From Octopus bimaculoides (Eukaryota): DNA of 62,607 nt. The notes below the pieces were generated by a model. It was not told where the DNA came from, made no database searches, and saw nothing but the letters and a program-made list of their open reading frames with translations. Where the stretch lies: the NCBI RefSeq assembly GCF_001194135.2, contig NC_068984.1, forward strand, positions 58,500,114 to 58,562,720, given 5' to 3'. The first letter of the stretch is position 1. Each line of letters opens with the position of its first letter. A program made the translations under genes and the position numbers. Of the stretch, positions 1-13,783 are shown in pieces.

Positions 1-2049
1 ATATATATATATATATATATATATAATGTGTATATAAGTTCGTGGGTGCTTCCCATTTATGATTATTTCTCCACTGCTGGCTCTGACAAACCGATACACA
101 GACATGTTTTATAGCATGCAATTATTATTCAATTTCCTCCGCTGAAAATCACGTCAGCATCTATTACCAAGATAAGACGTAGGTTGAAGAGATTGTCACA
201 TTATCGCACGGCCCCCGCCCGACGTTGGCGACAAGAATAACAGCCTTGCTAAGCTTTTTCTCCATCCCTTCTTTATTTTAATATCAAACTATTTCTTTAT
301 TTTCCTTCCTCCTCCTTCTTTTTCTTTCTTTCTTTTTTTATGTAGGCTATCTCCTGGCCAGTAATAATTTATAAGACTATGAGAAGCTAATTATCTTTCT
401 GACTGACTGTTAAAACTAAATAATCGTTCAGAAAAAGATATAAGTCGGAGAAATTTCGAAAGAAATAGGAAAATGGAAAAAAGGCAACGGAGCAAGAGAG
501 AAAGGTTTTAGCATGTGAGAGACAATTAGAGTAAATAGATAGATGAAAATGACTAGGAAGGTGAGTGTAGAAAGTGAAAAGAAATAACAAGTTAACAAAC
601 AAAAATAATTTTGAATAATGGCAAGAAAGTAGTTGACAACATCAATAGATGTATGTCGGATGACCACGTTACGTTTTCTAAAATTCAGTTTGGGTAGAAA
701 AAGAAAAAAAAATCTGATTAATTGGATAAAACACCAGATGGGAATTCGAATCATGTTTATGTTGAAAACTAAATAAATGCATATAAATACATACGTACGT
801 ACGTATGTATGTATGTGGTAATGAATTAGAAAGTTCTTCTTTTCTTTGCTATCAAGTTGAATCTTCGTAGAAAAAAAAAAAAAAAAAAAAAAAAAAATTC
901 ATTGCAAACTATCTGGAAGGCTTAGTTTTTTCCTCAATATTCCTCAAGCTTTGCGAGATGTCACAGTTTACTGATAGGCTTAATATTCTTCGACTAAATG
1001 ATATTAACAGAAGAAATACTACCAATTCCAATGGGAGTTAAGCTAAGTTGAATTCATGAAATCCATTGGTGATCAATCAATATTAAAGGGTTAACACAAA
1101 ACAAGCTGTCAGCTTATTTGGGTAACTATTCATCACTAGTTGTGACGCACACTAGAAATATTTTCCAGACAGAAAAGAAAGACAAAAAATGTGTCTAGAC
1201 TTTCTATAATGTCTAGAAAACGGTGTACATAGTCTAGACATATATCCAAGTGAGCATATATACATCTACATGCATACATATGTACATACACACACGCATG
1301 CATACAAATACATACATAAAAATATACATACATACATACACACGCACACGCACACACACACACATATAAGTCAAACATGTTCACTTGTATGCATTTAACT
1401 TTCTAGACGCTGCTCATTCATTATCATCATAGATAGATAGATAGATAGATAGATAGATGGATAGACGGACGGACGGACATACGGGTAGCCGATTGTTATA
1501 ATCGTAGATAATGTTAAGAATGAGTGGATGAAAACTCTACATTTAAAATTCAAAATTACCCGCTTATCAAAATCAAAGCTCTGTTAGCAAATCTACTCTA
1601 CACAACTACTATTCTATCAACGTATTCCGTATAAACACTGCTAAAGATGAGAACAAAAGCGCGTTAGTTACTGTGACGTGAGCATTTGTATGATGGTGGT
1701 GGTGGTGGTTGTTATTGGCGTTGTTGTTGTTGTCGTTGTAATGGTGGTGGTGGCCGTGGTGGTCGTGGGACCATGTTGATTCTGGGATTAGAGATAAGTT
1801 GATCAGTGTTCGCTAGCTGTATTGGTATATACGTATGTGTATGTAAGTATACATGCAGACGAAGCTGTATACTATAGTTATGGATAATGTTACCAAACAG
1901 TCACTATCAAACTGAATTTAAAATTATCTGCTTCTAGAATGAAAGGGCGAAATATTGTTCTGTCTTTTGCATAATGTTATTTGACTTAGACCCACAATAA
2001 GCTCTGCGCGCGCGCGTGTGTACTTATGAAAGAGTTATGCACTTAAACG

Positions 2050-2200
2050 AATCTGTTTGCTTTGGCTGTGTGGTAAGAAATTTTCTTCCCGACCACAAGG
2101 TCCCGGGTTCAGTCCCACAGCGTGATACCTTGGAAATGCATCTTCTGCAATAGCCTCGGGCCGATCTAAGCCTTAGGAGTGGATCTGGTAGACGGAAACC
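2050..2200 (+). mobile_element. tRNA-derived SINE, family B (ggctgtgtggtaagaa...gggttcagtccca); related copies near 21770-21930, 43135-43300, 53765-53920 and 17620-17715 (minus)
   Basis: A/B-box-like head (gggttcagtcc), multiple similar copies in the window, CA-rich tail. Confidence 0.75.
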
Positions 2201-3097
2201 GATGTGTGTGTGTATGAAGGTTGGTTGGGTGGGTGTGTCAGTGTTTGCCCCCACCCTTGCTTGACAACCGGTGTTAATATATTTATCTCCTCGTAGTCTA
2301 GCGGTTCGTCCGAAGTAACCGATAGAATAAGTACCAAGCTTTAAAATAAGTAACCACTGTGTCTTAATTCGTTTGCAATAAGTGAATTTGTGAGACGTCT
2401 ATTTCTGTCCTTTCTCTTCCTTTCACATCGCCTTCTCTCTCTCTCTCTCTCCTCTCTAACACTTTCCTCCCTACGGCTATCTCTTTCTGTCTTTTGTCTT
2501 CTCTCTCTCTGTACTCTGTGTCTCTCTCTGCCCTCTACCACTTTTCTCCCTCCTACAACTGACACATGACCAGTGGTCATCGTCATCTCTTATTCTCTTT
2601 TCCTTTCCACACCGACGCGTCTGCTCGTGTGTCTCTCGTTTCCCACTTTCAACACGTTTTGTTGTTCCTCTATTTCTAATCCTTTAGGATTTTCCTCTTG
2701 GCGTTCACCATATTTTTGTCTCCTGTCTAGCCCTAAGGTCCTATTCTGTTTATTTATTTCATTTAGTTCGTATGTCCACATTCTGTCGTGTTTGTTTTCG
2801 TTTTTGTCCCTTGTCCGTCCACTATTCGTCCCGTCTTGAATATTATGTCGTTTGTATATTGTTTATTGCATATTTATTTCATATTTGTATGTTCACTTTC
2901 TGTCCCTTATTTGTTGACTCGCTATTTCCTGGTGGCTTCACGTTGTTGGCGCCACCAAAGAGGTTCAATATTATCGTTGAAGGCGCAAGATTCCGTAGAT
3001 CCTTTGGACGATAGCTGATGAAGATGTGGCGTCCTTGCGTCTGTTTTCCGTTTCTTTCTGCTTATATATATTATGTTTTTTAACTTATACATACATA

Positions 3098-3137
<40 letters not shown>

Positions 3138-5870
3138 TACATTCATACATACATACATACATACATACATACATACATACGTATATACATACATACATAT
3201 ATACATACATACATACATGCATAGAAGGGCAAAGGTAGTACCATCATAGAGGTCAGCTGCCCTGCAGATATAAATTCTCTTTGAAAATCAAAGAAAAAGA
3301 GGATATCTATGGACAACTGCTTCGAAACCTCCAGCTTCTATTTCCAGACTAGGAATTCATATTCATACCAATAATAATTGGAGCACTAGGTTTTGTTAAT
3401 AAATGCTTAAAGCAGAATCGGGATAAACTGGGATTTTCAGAAAGAGAAATCGACCGGTTAATTCGTACATTACAAGTGCACTCAGTGAGTGGAACAATAA
3501 AAATAAGCAAGACTTTTCTCAAGTTTTAAATGTGAATTTGTCTGTTAACTACATCCCAAAGATGAAACCTTGTATCTTTGTTGGAAACCGGTTTCCTCCT
3601 CAGTGGAAAATTTATAATAATTAAAAAATAGAAGAGACCTACAGGCTTATGACCATAAAGTTATGGGTTCGATTCCTGGAGTTAGTCGTGTGTTGTGTCC
3701 TTAAGCAAGGCGCTTTCACGTTGCTCGAGTTCGCCCAGCTAAATACTGGCACAGCTCTGCCTCATACCAGTTATCACATGTGGGTTCCGCTGGGTTATGA
3801 TTAAGAAGGTCGAGAGGTTATCTATGTTTTCAGGTGACTACATAGGCACCTAAAATAATTAATGAAAACTTGGCTCAAGCCACCAACTTGTGCGTAGTGG
3901 TTATGGGTCTTGGTTTGGATATGTGTGTATATATATGTATGTATATGGAAATGTATGTATGTATGTATTATGTGTGTATGTATGTGTGCGTGCGCGCGCG
4001 CGTGTGAATTAGACGCTTTCACATGCATATGTTCACATATATGCGTAAGATTGTATGTGCTTGAGGAAAGTTAGATAGTTAAATTTGTACAATCCGAACC
4101 AATTACGTAATAGATCATTCTGAAAGTGTCTACACTTCCCGAAAATATCTGACCTCTTCAAATAGAGATCATGATCATGCAAGATTTTGGATATGATTGT
4201 AAAACTTATTTGCTCTGCATTACTTTTCCATCAGTGTGTGTGTGTATGTGTGTGCGTGTGTGTGTGTGTGTAAACTTTAGCATTAATAACCTATATAAAC
4301 ACAAGATTACAGATGTACAGAGATGGGAAATAATATTTTTATTCCCATTCATCATTTGAATTATGATAACACGAACAGTGATCTCAGCTGAGAAGTTAGC
4401 AATTGAAAATATATAATTCGTTTCATATACATTTTGTAACAAATGTTTTCATTTTTTTTTTCTTGTTCCTAAATCTCTATATAACATAAATATTACAGAG
4501 TGGTCATTCAAGTAGCGCAACTCATACGAAAGCAATTGGCGTGTGCTAATGAAGAAAATCTTGAACAGAGAAAACACTAGATTATAAACTGGAAGGTTAT
4601 ACTTTGCCAGCCTTTGAGAGCCTGAAAGATATCTGCGTCTGCTTTTATTACACAAATCTTGGACATGATTATTTCAGAAGCTGATGCCTGCGCATTTAAA
4701 ACCTGCTCTGCATCGCAAGTTCGAGATCTGTTCATTTCAGAATTGCAGTTTCATGAAATCTCAGATGAACTGAGATTCCTTCGAAATCACAAATTGTCTA
4801 TGATAAATAATCACACTAATGATGATTAGGAACTGTTTGAGAGGCATGCTATCATTGATATGCAAAACTTCATGTATCTGAAATGGAATTTCCATTCATC
4901 AGCTCTTTTATTGATTACCTGTACCAGATGCGTCAAAATGTTTTGAATTACATCAAGACATTAGCAATAGCAAATTACAGAGAACTCAAGCAACCTAGAA
5001 AAGAAACATTGAACCAACAACAACCTATGACACCTTAATGAATGTCACATATAGTAACAACCCAAGTTCAATTTTTTTTTTTGTGGACGGTACTGGCTGC
5101 TCACTTTTGGGCATGTGGAAGCATGTTTGTATCAACCAGTTCTCATTGTTGCGTTAATAACACTGGCTGCATTATTTTCTGAAAGTGGCTCTACAGCTCA
5201 TTTAACCTTCCACATTCCAGTTTCTATTCACAGGGATTCTATTTTTCGTTTTACTGTCAACAACAAGTTGGCAAAATAATTCGATACTGTAGTTCCGTCT
5301 GTTAGGGTGAAGCACCACAAATGGCGATGAATGAATATGAAGTAATTGATTTGCAGTTTACGTCAGCTTTTGGAAGGTTATTTACTTTTTGGTTCTAGGT
5401 GATTTTCGATCAACACTTCCTATCTTAGAGAAAGCTAGCAGAGATGCTATCATAAACATAGTTAGGAGGTAAAATTAAACATACCATGAATTACTATAAC
5501 AACGACGATGAGGGGAGGGAGAATGATGCTGTTTTTTTTTTTTTTTAATTTCCCACAGGCACATCAAATAAAAAGAACTTTATAAGGAGGGTATATTTTG
5601 ATCGTCTGAAATTTTCTTAATTTTCTCCCTTATCATTTTTGAGATGAATTTTTGTTAACGTTAATGGTTTTTTTTTTTCATTACAGTTATAATTTTTTTT
5701 ATTTATAAAAAAGTATTTCGGGTCACAACCTTAAGCATGTATCAGTGTCATAACTAGAGTGTGTGCCTCCCGGGTCAGTCACTGAGTTTGCCACCACCCC
5801 CACCGTGCCTCCATAACCTGTACAGGCTTATACAATAGAGCCAAAAGTGCTGCCTCCATTTAGGTATCGA

Positions 5871-6958
5871 CCGGGACGCGAATTTTTTTGCCCTCGAGAG
5901 TTCCGGACCCCAGTAATGAACTCATTTGCATACAGCCAATCAGAGCTCACCTTAATTTTTTTGTCATGTTAACAAAGGTTTACACTTGCAACGCTCTCTT
6001 CAAAACCAATTTGATTCTTGACAAAATTTTGATACATGCGGTTGCACATCAAAATCAAGTGCTGAGAAAGGAAGTGTCCCAATAATCAATGGGCAAAACA
6101 AAGCTTTTCTTGCTTTAAAACAAAGTTATGTTAAGGACAAAGAATTCCTTGGGGAAACAGATACTGCGTTAGCTTCCGCGCTTCACTGCTTTGGTTGGTA
6201 CTCTGGTATGGCATACTTTTGGCAAGAAAAAATGAAAACCTCTTGTGCTAGTGTGAATTTTTTTCCCCCGCAAACGAAAATCTCTAGTCAGTATGAAGAC
6301 AATTTGTATGCAACCAGCTGCAGCATCCAGGAGGAAAATGGTTGGTGGTGGCAGAAACCGTATTGATGCTGGCAGACCGTTGAGGGATTGTTTGAAAAGT
6401 GTGAAAGGAAAGGTGCCGTTCAGCTCTCAGATTACGCCTAGACGCAAAGCCCAACATAACATTCGTGAATGTGTTAAATACAACCAATCTCTTGGTAAAA
6501 CACACTCTACCAAGTAAACTCAAGGCGAAGAACGGTATTGTAAGTCGACTGATCGCCAAGTTATGCCTGATTTTAGAAGGAAACAAGTAATTAGATAGAT
6601 TTGCATCTATACCTGTTATCGGATTTTGTTAGGGCCCCATATAGTAAAGATGTGGATGGGAAAAATGTGGGTAGAGGGTGATATGCTAGCAACCCTTTCT
6701 CCTTATTGTTTTACAAAGTAGCAACAACACAAATAACTACGCAGAGGCAGCCATGGTCGAAACAGGAACAAAAGCAATAAGCATTATCAAAAGAGAAAAG
6801 AAGCATGGTCATTCATTACCCAAGTGACCTTACCTTATCGCCCATCACTTGTTATGCGCTCATAAATTAGTTTGATAGTTGAGCTCTAATTGGCTGTATG
6901 CAAATGAGTTCATAACTGGGGTCTGGTACTCACATGGGAAAAAAATTTCGCGGCCGGG
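5871..6958. mobile_element. ~1.1-kb unit bounded by ~80-bp imperfect inverted repeats; probable non-autonomous DNA transposon
   Basis: 5871-5950 is the reverse complement of about 6880-6958 with few mismatches; no clear TSD seen. Confidence 0.5.
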
Positions 6959-9900
6959 AGAGACCGTTTCTTCGCTTTCACCCTAATTACGCTGCTGGTG
7001 TGTGAACGAATGTTTGCATGTATATATGTTTATCTATCTATCTGTGTCAGTCCATCCATCCATCTGAGTGAGTGAAATAATCGATTATATCGACCCCAGT
7101 GCTGTTTGAACTGCACTTAATTTTATTGACCGCTGAGGGATGAACGGCAACGTTGACCTCGGCAGAAAGCGACAGAAGAATAACCTAATGGCATTTTGTA
7201 TGATTTTTACCAATCCACTACCCTGCTTTCTCTTAAAATAGTGATTGGTTCCAAAGCTCAGTTTATCTTTCTCCCGCTCTATCTTTTCTCTATCTAACTT
7301 CCTTTTACATAACTTACACTTTTGGAAGTCTATTGGTTATGATTCTTTAAAACATAGTCCTGTCTGTTTTTCATAGGAATTGGTCTAAGGTATGGCTGTT
7401 TTCCTAATCCTAGTTCCTTGTGATTTTTCATTTAAATACTTGTGGCTACTTTCCAAAATGCTTTTACCCTTTCTCGATGATTTGCTTTTGTTTTAGAACT
7501 CTTGCTATCTTCTTTGAATCGATTGAAATACTTTAATCTATCTTGTAATTTTATATGAAACACTTCAAGAAAAAGTTAACACTTACATGACAAAATGTCC
7601 AACATAGGCACAAAGCCTGAAATTTGAGTGAGTGTATTAGTCAGTTATATCGATCCCAGTGCTGCTTGTACTGCATTATATTTTATTGACCGCGGAGGGA
7701 TGAACGGCAATGTTGACCTCGGTAGAATTTGAAGTTAGAACATAAAGCGTCAGAAGAATAACCTCATGGCATTTTGTCTGACTTTTACCAATCCATTACC
7801 AATTTACTACCCTGTTTTCTCTTGAAGTTAGAATATAGTTGTAGAAAATGGTATAACCATTTGATTATCTGAGGTTTGTGGGGCATTCTTGTTATGTTAT
7901 ATATATATATATATAATTTTCGTTCAATGTTCCTTGATTTTATACAGAAAAATATATCAATTAAAATCATCAAGATAAAACAATGAAAAAGAACACACAA
8001 ATACAAATATATGTGAAAGATTTGTATACAATTTCAAAAGAACTTACTGTCGAACCAGGACGGGCAAAAAGGACTAAAAAGAATTTCGCATTTTCTTGAC
8101 TTTTACCTTTATCAAATTATTACATGAGCTATAACTAAAAATTATTGAATTATACAACATTTCTATATTATGTAACTGAAAATAGCAGCAGAGTGGTAGG
8201 AACGTTAGTGCTCAGACTAATGGTTACTTAATCATCAGCCTTATTTTGTCTTCAGATCATTGAATAGAAAACCACTGAAGCTCACTTTTCATTTCCGGAT
8301 GATCGGATAAGCTGATTTAGGCTTAACGAAGTGCATTTATAATAAATATTTTTATGAAATTCTAGGAGAATTCTGCTTATTTATTGGTTTTAGAATATGT
8401 ATTTTTGGAATACTTATTTTTGGTGAAACAGCCTCATCACGTTTTCATAAGTAAGGTAACTTTAACCTAATTTAAGCTATTTCTATGCTTCGAACGAAAT
8501 ATACTATAAAGAGTAAGTTACACACCGCCATACTTGTAATGGGGATGCTCGAAGGAAGACATTTTGACAGCATGAACTCGGTACTTATAGGTGTAGTGAA
8601 ACTACCTATCGCCATTAGATACAAAACTACTAACGCCATTACATACAATCTTCTCATTTAAATATAAACAAGCGCGAGCGTAGCGGAGAACCCATCTCCT
8701 TGTCATCACGTGACTGATTAATATTCGAAGCGGCAACTTCTTCGAACCGTTCCCGCCAGAACGCAAACTGACCAATCATAGCCCTTAATAAGGTCACGTG
8801 ATAGTGTTTTTCTACTACGGTCTTGGAGCCCTCTGAACGCTATAAATAGATCAACTCATACCCAGCAAATTTGTCTCGGTACAGTTTCTCTTTGAGATCT
8901 GTTCCGTGTACCACACGACAGCAGCAGCAGTTCCAGCGACACATCAACAGCTTCGTACAACGATGACCACCGCCGTCGCCACATCAGCAACACGAGTCTA
9001 CGACTACTAACCAGCATCATCGTCATGACCAACACGATTCTACGATNNNNNNNNNNNNNNNNNNNNNNNNNNNNNNNNNNNNNNNNNNNNNNNNNNNNNN
9101 NNNNNNNNNNNNNNNNNNNNNNNNNNNNNNNNNNNNNNNNNNNNNNNNNNNNNNNNNNNNNNNNNNNNNNNNNNNNNNNNNNNNNNNNNNNNNNNNNGGA
9201 AGCCACAACATCACAACTAGTGATCAGCTCTGCCACACACAGCCTCAACTACTTTCACATACAGACTTTTCCTATAGTGTACTAAAAGAACTGGTATAAA
9301 TGCTCACGTGTTATTGACTCTCTTTCTATCTGCTGTAATAACTCACATACACATACATGTATCACTCACATACACACTTTTCTTTGTACGACGGCCTGTC
9401 TTTGATTATGTTATTATATGTCGCATTCACACTCTCACACAGACATACACTTTAACGCCATAATAAATATTTCTGTTATTCATCTCATACGGTTGTGGTC
9501 TTTCATTACTGGTCATCTATGTTATCGTAGTATAACATTATCATGTATATCATCTTTGATATATTATTTTGTGTTCGACCGTGTGACACGTTTAAATAAA
9601 AAGGAGTCCTCTGTTTTTTCCATCCGTCACCATTTCTCCTTTTTTGAGTTCGCACGGTCGTCCTTACATAGGTATAAACATAACGAAGTGATATTTGTAC
9701 GGACGGAGTCAATAGTCAACGTTAATTAACGGAAATTAGTTCCTCTAAAGAAAAGAATTTTTATTAGTTTGTTGATATCCGACAATCGCAATATAACAAA
9801 GTATAAGGAAACTTCTAGCAAACCAAGTTCACGAGCCCGACTCGATTTTTAGTTGAAGTTCTTTTGTTTCTTTTTATTTGTGTCAACTAGAGAAAATAGA

Positions 9901-10147
9901 ACATCACACATGCCCATCTCCTTGTAAACCAGAGGCGTTGTGGCAATGTAGGAAATCGATATTACGCAATCAGACTGTTCAATGAAGCAGACGATGTTTA
10001 TCAGAAGGCACAATGAAGCAGACGACAGTGTCTGACAATACACACACACACACATTTATACATACATGCATGCATACATACATACATACATACATACATA
10101 CATAATACATACGTGCGCACGTAGTATCTATGTATCTCTCTCTCTCT

Positions 10148-10181
<34 letters not shown>

Positions 10182-11562
10182 CAGATTTACAGATCTTTCT
10201 TATAGATTCATTGGATAATTTTTTTCTCAAACAGAATGGTCGACTCAAGTGAAAAAAAAGTTTAGATGAACAAATTTTGTCCATGACTTAATTTCCCATT
10301 TTTTAAACTATTANNNNNNNNNNNNNNNNNNNNNNNNNNNNNNNNNNNNNNNNNNNNNNNNNNNNNNNNNNNNNNNNNNNNNNNNNNNNNNNNNNNNNNN
10401 NNNNNNNNNNNNNNNNNNNNNNNNNNNNNNNNNNNNNNNNNNNNNNNNNNNNNNNNNNNNNNNNNNNNNNNNNNNNNNNNNNNNNNNNNNNNNNNNNNNN
10501 NNNNNNNNNNNNNNNNNNNNNNNNNNNNNNNNNNNNNNNNNNNNNNNNNNNNNNNNNNNNNNNNNNNNNNNNNNNNNNNNNNNNNNNNNNNNNNNNNNNN
10601 NNNNNACTCTGATAATCTTATTCAAAATATCTAAGACACCAACTCATTTTCCTTTCTATCTCTTTTTTTTTAATATCATTATTGCGATCTAAAATTATTT
10701 AATTATTTCTGCAAAAGAACATTTCCTCGCTGATATTTTAATTGCAAAATCAGCATGTTAATATAAAATTAATTTAACAATGAATTATGGAAGTTATGGG
10801 CATCATTGTGTATTCATAAATGTTTGAACTCTGTAGAGTGAATTCAACACCCATACCAATTGTTTCTCTGAAATTGAACGAAACTTAGAAACAACCACTT
10901 AGAGAATTTATATTACTTAACAGTCTCCCCACCACCACACACACATAAAAAAAAACGTGATGACAAATTTTAGACTACTTCAGGGGATTACAGTATTGTC
11001 AAGTTTGTACATAAAATCTTGTGGTAAAATGAGAGGATTGTTTGTATTGTTCTAACCACTTGAACCATATTTTAAATAGTGTAGGCAATTTAGGAAACAA
11101 AAGAAAACCAGTTACTGAAAGTCTATAAATATTTTTCACTTATTGGTTTATTATATTCAGGATGATTTGTTGCCTGTTACGTGCTCGCAAACTTTTTGTT
11201 CAATTCATAACATTCCAAACTTTTGTCCGATCCTGTCTGCAACTGTTCATTAGAGTTTGTTTATTAATACTTATATGGAGAACATGTCAGCCTGAAAACA
11301 AACTACTATGTCTCAAAACCCGATTGGATTTGAGGGAAATTTGGCTGTTATTTCTAGGAGGCAGAGCGGTCGGGTTGAAGCTTCTTCCTGGCCACATGTT
11401 AATTGTTGGTGACATGATTTCGCACCATTGTAAGAATGACCCTGTTGTCTGCTTAAATACCTCTGTTGATCTGAAGCCCCTAACCTTTCATCAAAATCAT
11501 TATATTGTTTGAAGTTTTTTGGTTTTTAAAAAAAATATAGTTCCTAATAATATTTAATTATA

Positions 11563-11781
11563 TAATTAAGGCGTGGAGCCGACAGAATCTAAGCACGCCG
11601 TGTAAAAATGCTTAGCGACATTTCGTCCGTCATTATGTACTGAGTTGAAATTCTGCCGAGGTCGATTTTACCTTTTATACTTCCGGATGTGGTTAACCAA
11701 GTACCTGTCGAATACTGAGGTCGATGTAATCGACATACCCTTTTCCCCAAAGTTGCTGGCCTTTTGCCAAAATTTGAAACC
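11563..11781 (+). mobile_element. tRNA-derived SINE, family A, with 14-bp TSD
   Basis: Body matches the array copies; aatatttaattata at 11549-11562 and 11782-11795. Confidence 0.85.
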
Positions 11782-13633
11782 AATATTTAATTATAAGATA
11801 TAACAGGAACTTTTAAAACATCAAATGGCTAGGGGGTGGGGGTCTAGCTGTGTAAAATAGGAATCGAAGGGGTCCATAAGCATACTGACCTTGGGGCTTA
11901 GATTTGAAACGGCTGAAGCTCAGTAACGAGAAATAAGTCACAGTATTTCAGGTGACTCGTCCTGAATTCTGACCGATATTATTTCAGCTGCAATCGTATG
12001 ATCAATAGGAAATTCCATGGTTTCCCCACAAAATGTGGTCATAAAAGTAGAAGCGCGACACAATCATTGTAGAGAAGACAGACGAACAGGATTCTTGGTC
12101 AGTTGACCGACCTTAGTATCAAAGAATCATTTCGTTTACAATGAATACAGAACTTTCCTTCTGCTAGCCAACACGAAGATGTAGCTTTCTAAATCTTGGT
12201 CAAACATACGTTACTCACTACTGGTAATCAGCGATACAACATCCAGCAAGAAACTATTGTAACTATTGTAATGTTTATGTATAAGTAAATGATTTTCTCA
12301 AAAACTTTAGATGGATTTGGTTTTAGTACTTGGAAAGACAAGCGGCGCTATCAATTATTCGGCACCCATTTAATCAAGCTTCGAAAGGCTTTTTTAATTG
12401 GTTTGTAAAATCTTTGATTAAAATTACATTCGCAATGAAGAGAAAATCCATACCTTAATAAGAAAAGACAGAGGAGATAAACACGGAATAAAAATTAATT
12501 AAAGATAGAATATCTTGAGAAGTGAATCTGATTTTTGGCAGTACGATAACAACTCTGGATATATTTCAATATTATTAGATCTCCTCGGCAAATCCAAGCA
12601 ATCAGATATGTTTACCGACACTGAATCGAAACATAAGTCAAAGACTAATCAGCAATTCGCAACAGTAAATTTAATTATACACTTCTTCACCATAGCTTCA
12701 GAATTAACATATTTATTAGTTAATCTCTAGCATATTATATCTTACTATTTAGTTTGTTGAAGAAGCATATCAATGGCACACTAATTCTCGACCCACCAAT
12801 TAATCGGTTGGACTAACATTTAAACACAAACAGTAGGGACATTTCATTCCATTCTAGAATCTCTCTCTGCGATTGTGTTCTTTCATACCGTTTACAACTC
12901 AAACTGAAAATCAACAACTCTTATCTTACTGAATTATTCGGTCTCCTACCACCTCCGTAGGCTGAGACGTTTAAAGGCAATTCACTTCCTCTTCTAAATT
13001 GTTTGTATGGTGGAAGGGTAAATAAAGAAAGAAAAAGAGAACAAAAACAGAAAAAAAGCTGCGGGTAAACAAATAAAATGAAATATGATTAAAATTAAAC
13101 CATAAACAATTTTTTTTTTTTTATTCATCTTATTTAAAATTCCTTTTATGTTCATCAATCAAAATCTTTTCATTTTTTTTCCCCTGAAAATGTCGTCTGC
13201 ATAAAGAACTTTTCTCAGCATTCCATTTTACATTTTCAAAGACAGCTAAACCTTAAAGAAGTGAAATCTCTAGGTTGAATTAAAATAGAAATTATAATTT
13301 GTGGTACTAAATTTAAGCATGAACATTGGAATTAGTTATCATTACATAATCGTTTACATTTTTAAAAAAATATAGTTACCTTCTCTCGTTTTACATTAGT
13401 TTGAATTGTAAATTCATCTTTTTATTTATTTTCATAAACTGTATTTTCAAGTCTATTAAGAACAGATTAAAAAAGAAATTTAAAGAAAAAATACAAACAA
13501 AACAAAATAAAATGAATGAATTTCTGTTCAGTAATGATATCTTGAAAATCCTTATACCTGTTATATCCGTAAAAGTCCGTAGTTTTCCGTGCAAGTGTCA
13601 ATGATGAAATCGAGGCCGCTGAAGCAAGCGAAC

Positions 13634-13783
13634 ATGGCTCATCATTGTTGTGTACCTATGTGTAAAAACGATGCACGCTACGACCACGATAAAATACTTT
13701 CCTTCCACAGTTTCCCAAAAGATGAAAAACTTCGCAAAGAGTGGACGAGTAAAATAAAAAGAGACGAAGGACCTCTCTTCCGA
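13634..13783 (+). CDS. THAP-domain gene exon 1 (MAHHCCVPMCKND...FHSFPKDEKLRKEWTSKIKRDEGPLFR)
   Basis: THAP N-terminal CxxxxC, FP and W motifs; CGA|gtaaga donor, phase 0. An in-frame upstream ATG exists at 13601. Confidence 0.9.

Noticed and set aside
3010-3050. CTGATGA as a hammerhead core (also at 43823 and 51325)
   Set aside because: No downstream stem II-GAAA-stem III arrangement.
1136-4442. ORFs rich in C/V/Y/H/T/E/R (also 39212-39535, 48149-48469, 55465-55786, 60647-61055)
   Set aside because: Translations of (CA)n, (TACA)n, (AG)n, (CTA)n and (ATT)n microsatellites.
8724-8762. Heat-shock element-like GAA/TTC cluster
   Set aside because: Spacing does not match the nGAAnnTTCn periodicity.
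11900-13400. Possible divergent gene upstream of the THAP promoter
   Set aside because: Isolated splice-like sites exist, but no coherent ORF or recognisable protein could be assembled.
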